Source: Tubulanus polymorphus
Lineage: Eukaryota; Animalia; Nemertea
DNA: 64,000 nucleotides
Reading direction: 5' to 3'
NCBI RefSeq assembly: GCF_964204645.1
Contig: NC_134030.1
Location: 4,196,778-4,260,777, forward strand
Positions 58,561 through 64,000 of this stretch are shown here, piece by piece. The notes below the pieces were generated by a model that worked only from the letters and a program-made list of their open reading frames with translations, made no database searches and was not told the DNA's origin. Each line of letters opens with the position of its first letter. Positions within the stretch are counted from its first letter, which is position 1. The position numbers and the translations under genes are program-made.

Positions 58561-61500
58561 ATACTGTTGCTGCTGAAGATCCTTTCATGATATATGATGA
58601 TTATTCAAAGAATTCTGCTTCTGGTTTCTACAATCCGACATGCAAACCCTGTTACCTTCAAATAGTACGGCCTTTAGTGAATTCTACACAGAAAGTTCAC
58701 TCGTGGCAGCTATATCTTACCGTGCCCTGTCTAGTATAAATTAATCACCCAATGACGAAGAAAATGAGTTCTATGATTAAAGTAAATAAAGTTTTAGACT
58801 ATGGAAGCGTTAAATCGTGTTCGAGGTGATTCGACTACCGACGTTAAAAGGTTTTTCTTTGAGTTCTTGATTATGGGTTCGTGGATTGTAAAATAAGACG
58901 CCGACCAATTTTCCGCTTAAGTTTAACAACTCCTATTCACGGCACATATTGCCATCGATTATGCGTCAGACTTTTATGTTTTGAATGGTTAAGAGCAGAG
59001 TTCATTCGAAAATACTCGAATTTAGAGTCTATACGAGACGTCAATGCATTAGGCGAAGTCCGGAAAATGAGCAAAATATTGAAAATTCGTTGGTCAGTGG
59101 CCAACGATAGAAACAGTATATACGAGTGTACAATTTGTAGTTCAGATATTGCATGTTTTTCCTCCGGTTCTGAAGGTTGTGGATTTCCGATATATCGTTA
59201 ATTTGGATGTCGTTAAAATGTCACACTGTATTTTATCAACGACACTCTACGCGTGTACGGTCGTGTCGACTTCGGAATCCAAGCTACGCACAACTCGATG
59301 TCAACGAATGATATTGGATAGTTGGATATTGGTTATTGGATATCGGACAGAATAAACACGAATATGATAGGCTTATTTTTCAACTTGACCTACATCCGAA
59401 GAAATGGCAGCATCCCACTGTCGGTCGTTTCGGTATGAAATCCGATATCACTACCCATTATGTGCCGTGTATGCGCAGGACTCCTACGAGGTTTTTTTGG
59501 TCAGGATGGAAACGAGAATATCAAGTGACACGTAGACCACGTCACCGGATGTGAGAAGATCAGTCAACCGAATGCGTTCACAGATTGTGGAAATATCATA
59601 TAATACGAAACACGTGGTAGAGTTAACAATATAGAAAAATTCGAGCCAGAAAAAAAACAATAGTACACATAGGGCGCTGGGTTTAGAAAGGATGAGGTTG
59701 ATCGGAACTAGAATTAAAACAGAATCGATTGGGGCCGAAAACGTATTCTTGAGAAGATACCCGATACGGTTTCTAGTGCTGAAAAGAAATTCTGCAAAGG
59801 AATCTGACATCAGGTCGTAACGTATCCGTACGATCGGCGCCATTTTCTTTTTCTTCATGATACGTCTCATCCGGTTACCTCGTAAAATCTCAATAGACAA
59901 AACGATTCTGCGCAACACACCGGGTCGATGCGCGACGTTCATGACAACTTCCGACAAAAATCAATGAATCTCCTGTGTTATTCTAGTCCCCAGTTTTATT
60001 TTCTATTCAGACGCGTAACGTATCAAGTTGATGAATCCGTATTGATCCGCGAAACTGCGACGATTCGTATATATAACCTACTTGTTTTTCTAAAACCGAA
60101 TCTAGTTAAATACGGCCCGTATTCTCAATTCAGAGCTCAAAACCCTAAAGCCATCTCTCCAGCAGGCGAGCCAAATACATTATCTAAAGATGAGGCAGAG
60201 AACAGCCGGGTCCAGTGCACAATAAAGTGTTCTCCATTTTATACAAGTTGCCGACAACTGGGTTTACAGGGTTTATTCAGTTGAGAAGAAAATACGTTTC
60301 CCACAAATCACCCTGTATATTTATAATACTGGCAACTGTTATGATGATAGAAAGTGGCAATGGGTTTGCGATAATGTTTTCAGGACTATACAATAAACAT
60401 CCAGCTACCAAAATGACTCGGCACAATTGCTACTCGCGTTTGCTTGCTCAAGAAACAAGAAACAAATATCGCCGGCGGCCACAACTCACACAACTCACAT
60501 GAAAAAAGGGAACGCTTTAGTTATTACTGCTTGCTGAACGTGAATGGAAGAAAACCAACCGTCCGTAAACAAAACGCGCTGGAAAAATGGCCATTTGCTA
60601 CATTACCATATCCGCCATTAGAGCCCCTGTAACAGTGATTACGATTAACGTTAGTTTGCAGTGTGTGACGATGGTAATGGCTTCATCAATCCTGACGGAT
60701 GTCTAGTGTATTTCCCACTTTTCCGACACGCGCTGCAAACACGGGGAAAGAGAATCAAACGTTAAACGGTGTACGAGGCGTCAAATGTCGAAGTTTAAGC
60801 CAATTTGATGAATAAACTCTCGAAATCAAATCATATTCTCGAACGAATTGAAGTTTTTTGACAAGTTAATCGAAATGTAGCGTCGTTTCGTACGATACGA
60901 TACGACATAACGCTATTAGAAGTCTGCGTATAAAGCGCCCGCGACCAGAAAGTGCGGGCTTTTCATAATGAAATGTTTTTCCGCAGAGAAACAAGACCGT
61001 GAGACATCGACGAATGTTTCAACGGAGCCTCTCACCGCTTTTGGCTATAAGAAAAAATCATCGGTTATTACTTCTCCAAAGCGACGTAATGTTGACAGTC
61101 TATCGGAACATATTGATGATTTTTCGTGGCGAAAAAACTTTGAATTTGTCCACGGAACTTAACGGGAGTTGTAGGGGTGTGGCTATTGAGGAAACCCGAA
61201 ATTAGTTGTTTTGCCAATCATTGGAATTCGGTAGAAGTTTTTGGTAAAATCGATGACGATCTTTTTAGAAGAATGATTCTTATTCTAATACGATGGCTTA
61301 TCCTATACCAACATGCTTATAGCTTATGAAATATAACGGTGAAACTAACATCTCAAAAATTATGTTTTTCCTCTCATTTCAGGTGGTGTTGGTTTCTATT
61401 TTCTGACTTATTACAGTACCGTGCACTCGTAACAGCTGCGAAAACACAACCGAGCCGTAATACTATACTCTGCGGAGGCGCTGGACCTACTGCAAATATG

Positions 61501-61670
61501 AATTGTTAAATACAGTAAAATTGATAACTAATTGCATAGAAAAAACTCGTGATAGTAGAAAAATCGAAAGCTAATTATAACACTTTGCGACGATACGTTT
61601 GTTTACACTTGTCGATCTCGGTGCCTATGTTGCATCATAAATAATTCAAAACTCGAATTCGCGTTTAAGT

Positions 61671-61759
<89 letters not shown>
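61671..61759 (+). repeat. (CAG)~29 trinucleotide tract in the probable 5' UTR of the LRRN-like gene
   Basis: 89 nt of perfect CAG repeat ending 65 nt before the ATG, downstream of a candidate acceptor ctctcatttcag at 61382. Confidence 0.95.
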
Positions 61760-61763
<4 letters not shown>

Positions 61764-61824
61764 TATCTATCATTATTATGGGTTTGCCGTCTGAAATGCG
61801 GGAATTCTTACGCGTCTCGTGAAC

Positions 61825-63936
61825 ATGGATAAAGAACTGTTGACCTGCGCGCTATTGCCGATATTTATCGTGATCGGGCTGTCAGAAGGCTGGAAATGTA
61901 TGCACGACTGTTCGTGTCGTCTGAAATGGTACCCGAGCATCAACCGAACGTTGGACACTTTGGACTGTTATAACGTCGATCTGCATTCGATACCGCGTTT
62001 GACCGACGATGCCCGTATCACGGGCTGCCTCCTGAGAGGCGATGATTTCTCTTCGCCTGACAGTCTCGCCGCTCTGGGGACTTATAAACATGTCATCGCA
62101 CTTGTGCTAACGCATAATAAAATCAACTCGATGCACAAATGGCCTCTGGTCGGAGACCGCATGCGCCTGTTGCGCCTAGACGGCAATCTGTTCGATTACC
62201 TGCCGCGTAACGCGTTCAAAGACGTGCCCAACTTATCCGTTTTGTCTTTATCGCATAATTCGATAGAATCTGTGCACCAGGATGCATACGTCGGTCTTAC
62301 CAATCTGCGACATTTGAATATATCGTCTAATCGTCTGACATGCGTGAACGGAGCGGCTTTGCGCTCTTTGACTCAGTTAGAAGTCTTGGATCTGACCGGA
62401 AACCTAATAAAAGACTTAGCCGGTGGCCAATTCCGCACTTTGGGTAAACTGACGCACATTTACTTAGGCGGCAACGATATTCATTATGTATACGAAGGTG
62501 CATTTGCGGGGCTTCATCGGCTGGAGGTGCTCAATCTGGAGAAAAACCACATCAAGATCGTGCCGACCAGAGCCTTGCAGATATTCCAACTGTTGTCCGA
62601 AATTCGATTGAGCGCTAATCATCTATCTCGCTTTCGCCCGGGTGCATTCGAACGGATAAACGTAACGAATTTATTCGTCGACAAGCTGGACGATTTGGTT
62701 CTTGTTGACAAAGGTGCGTTCGTCAACATGCCGCATCTGCAGTCGTTAGCTTTACACGGCAATAAACGACTCGGTTACGTCGACGTCGATGCATTCAGCA
62801 GGACTCCTAGATTGGAATCGCTGACTCTTCACGGCAACAATCTGAAAGCCATCGAATATAAAATGATCAGACATTTGCCGAATCTGAGTTTCATCAGTTT
62901 TCACAGCAATCCGTTGCGTTGTGACTGCTCGATTTTCTGGATCGTCAACGATATTTTCAAGAAACGTCGCTTCACATTTTCACGTTTAGAAGATGCCGTT
63001 TGTTCGTCACCGAAAAGCGCCAAAGGCAGTTTGGTCTATCGACACAATCCACAATTCATTCAACGACAATGCAGCCCCACGATAGTCCCACTATTCGAAA
63101 AACGAATAAGCGTTTTAGTGGGCGACAACTTCACGATGGATTGCCGTGCTGTCGGTGTACCCAATGCCCAGTTGACCTGGATAGACCCGTCCGGCAAAGT
63201 ATATAGAAATATGACCCACTTCGAGAATAAAGCCGTTTCCCCTTCCGGGACATTGATGTTTGATCGCATACGCGCTAGCGATCAGGGTATCTATACTTGC
63301 GCCGCCGACAACGGGATAGGGGACGATAGACGAAGGGTTCTCGTTATCACGAACAAAATCCACGCTAGCCTACTGGTCCTCGGTATCCAGGCGACGTCTA
63401 TTACCGTCACGTGGAACGGTACAACGCCGTTGCTTAGTTACGTGATAATTGTAGAACGTGGGATGAAATCGGAGAAATCGCAACGAATTCACATCCGTCC
63501 TTATATGCGTGAATATACGCTCAGTAATTTGCTGCCGCTACACCAGTATCGAATCTGTATCGCCGTCCTTGAAAAGTCCGTAGCAGCGCGCTATCGTCGA
63601 TGCATTCAAATAACAACTAAATCTATCAGCTATCTTACATCGGGTGTGTTTAATTTCCGAAAATACGTTCTGGGCGGCGTGTTCGGGGTGCTGGTCGTGG
63701 CCGTTCTGGTCGTCATATCTGGATTTTTCGCCTATCGTAAATATCAAAGGAGGCAACGACTTCTGAAAGAACTGTACGGCGATAACTTGTCGCAGTTGTT
63801 TTTCTCGAGTGTCGACAGCTCGTCGGGAATGACCACGCCAGTGACGTACGAGAACGTCACCGCGCAGGCGTACCAAGACGAGGAGGAAGACAGCGCAGAC
63901 GACATAGCCAGCACGTCGAACTTACAGCTGTCCTGA
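61825..63936 (+). CDS. Leucine-rich repeat neuronal protein-like (LRR-LRRCT-Ig-FN3-TM), intronless CDS, 703 aa
   Basis: ATG at 61825 (the ORF track starts at an upstream GTG). Signal peptide, LRRNT CMHDCSC, ~10-11 LxxLxLxxN repeats, NPLRCDC LRRCT, Ig (CRAVGVP...W...DQGIYTCAADN), FN3 (ITVTW...YTLSNLLPLHQYRICI), TM helix, acidic tail. Confidence 0.92.
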   Translation: MDKELLTCALLPIFIVIGLSEGWKCMHDCSCRLKWYPSINRTLDTLDCYNVDLHSIPRLTDDARITGCLLRGDDFSSPDSLAALGTYKHVIALVLTHNKINSMHKWPLVGDRMRLLRLDGNLFDYLPRNAFKDVPNLSVLSLSHNSIESVHQDAYVGLTNLRHLNISSNRLTCVNGAALRSLTQLEVLDLTGNLIKDLAGGQFRTLGKLTHIYLGGNDIHYVYEGAFAGLHRLEVLNLEKNHIKIVPTRALQIFQLLSEIRLSANHLSRFRPGAFERINVTNLFVDKLDDLVLVDKGAFVNMPHLQSLALHGNKRLGYVDVDAFSRTPRLESLTLHGNNLKAIEYKMIRHLPNLSFISFHSNPLRCDCSIFWIVNDIFKKRRFTFSRLEDAVCSSPKSAKGSLVYRHNPQFIQRQCSPTIVPLFEKRISVLVGDNFTMDCRAVGVPNAQLTWIDPSGKVYRNMTHFENKAVSPSGTLMFDRIRASDQGIYTCAADNGIGDDRRRVLVITNKIHASLLVLGIQATSITVTWNGTTPLLSYVIIVERGMKSEKSQRIHIRPYMREYTLSNLLPLHQYRICIAVLEKSVAARYRRCIQITTKSISYLTSGVFNFRKYVLGGVFGVLVVAVLVVISGFFAYRKYQRRQRLLKELYGDNLSQLFFSSVDSSSGMTTPVTYENVTAQAYQDEEEDSADDIASTSNLQLS

Positions 63937-64000
63937 TGATGACGTCATGCACGAAGTTGCAGGCAATGAAATAACCATCGAGGCGTATGAGTTGTCACCG

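Noticed and set aside
59484-60632. Cluster of 60-157 aa ORFs upstream of the LRRN-like gene
   Set aside because: No recognisable motifs, overlapping on both strands, no consistent exon chain
61671-61759. Possible polyglutamine coding tract
   Set aside because: Not connected to the LRRN-like ORF; the nearest upstream ATG terminates before the tract

Overview
Eukaryotic, AT-rich animal genomic DNA with short GT-AG introns. Gene content and compactness suggest a marine spiralian/lophotrochozoan-type invertebrate (inference). Gene models were built by hand from the ORF track plus splice sites. In order: a 6-exon group-4 (peropsin/Go-type-like) opsin (-); a 2-exon orphan 107-aa single-pass membrane protein (-); a TCTEX1D1/DYNLT5-like dynein light chain whose start codon appears split by an intron (-); a 7-exon secreted prepropeptide with an acidic pro-region, an RR cleavage site and a 76-aa six-cysteine PAN/apple-like mature domain (+); an intronless SMB-like/Cys-rich class-B/Methuselah-like GPCR (-); a tandem array of four intact 13-exon SLC6 (NSS) transporters plus a relic of a fifth (+); an ARMH2-like gene (+); an 8-exon ASIC-like DEG/ENaC channel (-); about 18 kb without recognisable CDS; and an intronless LRRN-like LRR-Ig-FN3-TM gene with a (CAG)~29 tract and a uORF just upstream (+). 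There are many MITE-like elements, a 3' LINE remnant with an (ATT)n tail and a tRNA-derived SINE head. Best candidates for new biology: (1) the SLC6 array, where all copies lack the near-invariant TM3 tyrosine (LeuT Y108) and the TM7 Na1 asparagine (LeuT N286), differ from each other at the two pocket-size positions (LeuT F259/I359), and show a gene-conversion mosaic; (2) the toxin-like PAN/apple prepropeptide built from microexons, largely invisible in the ORF track.
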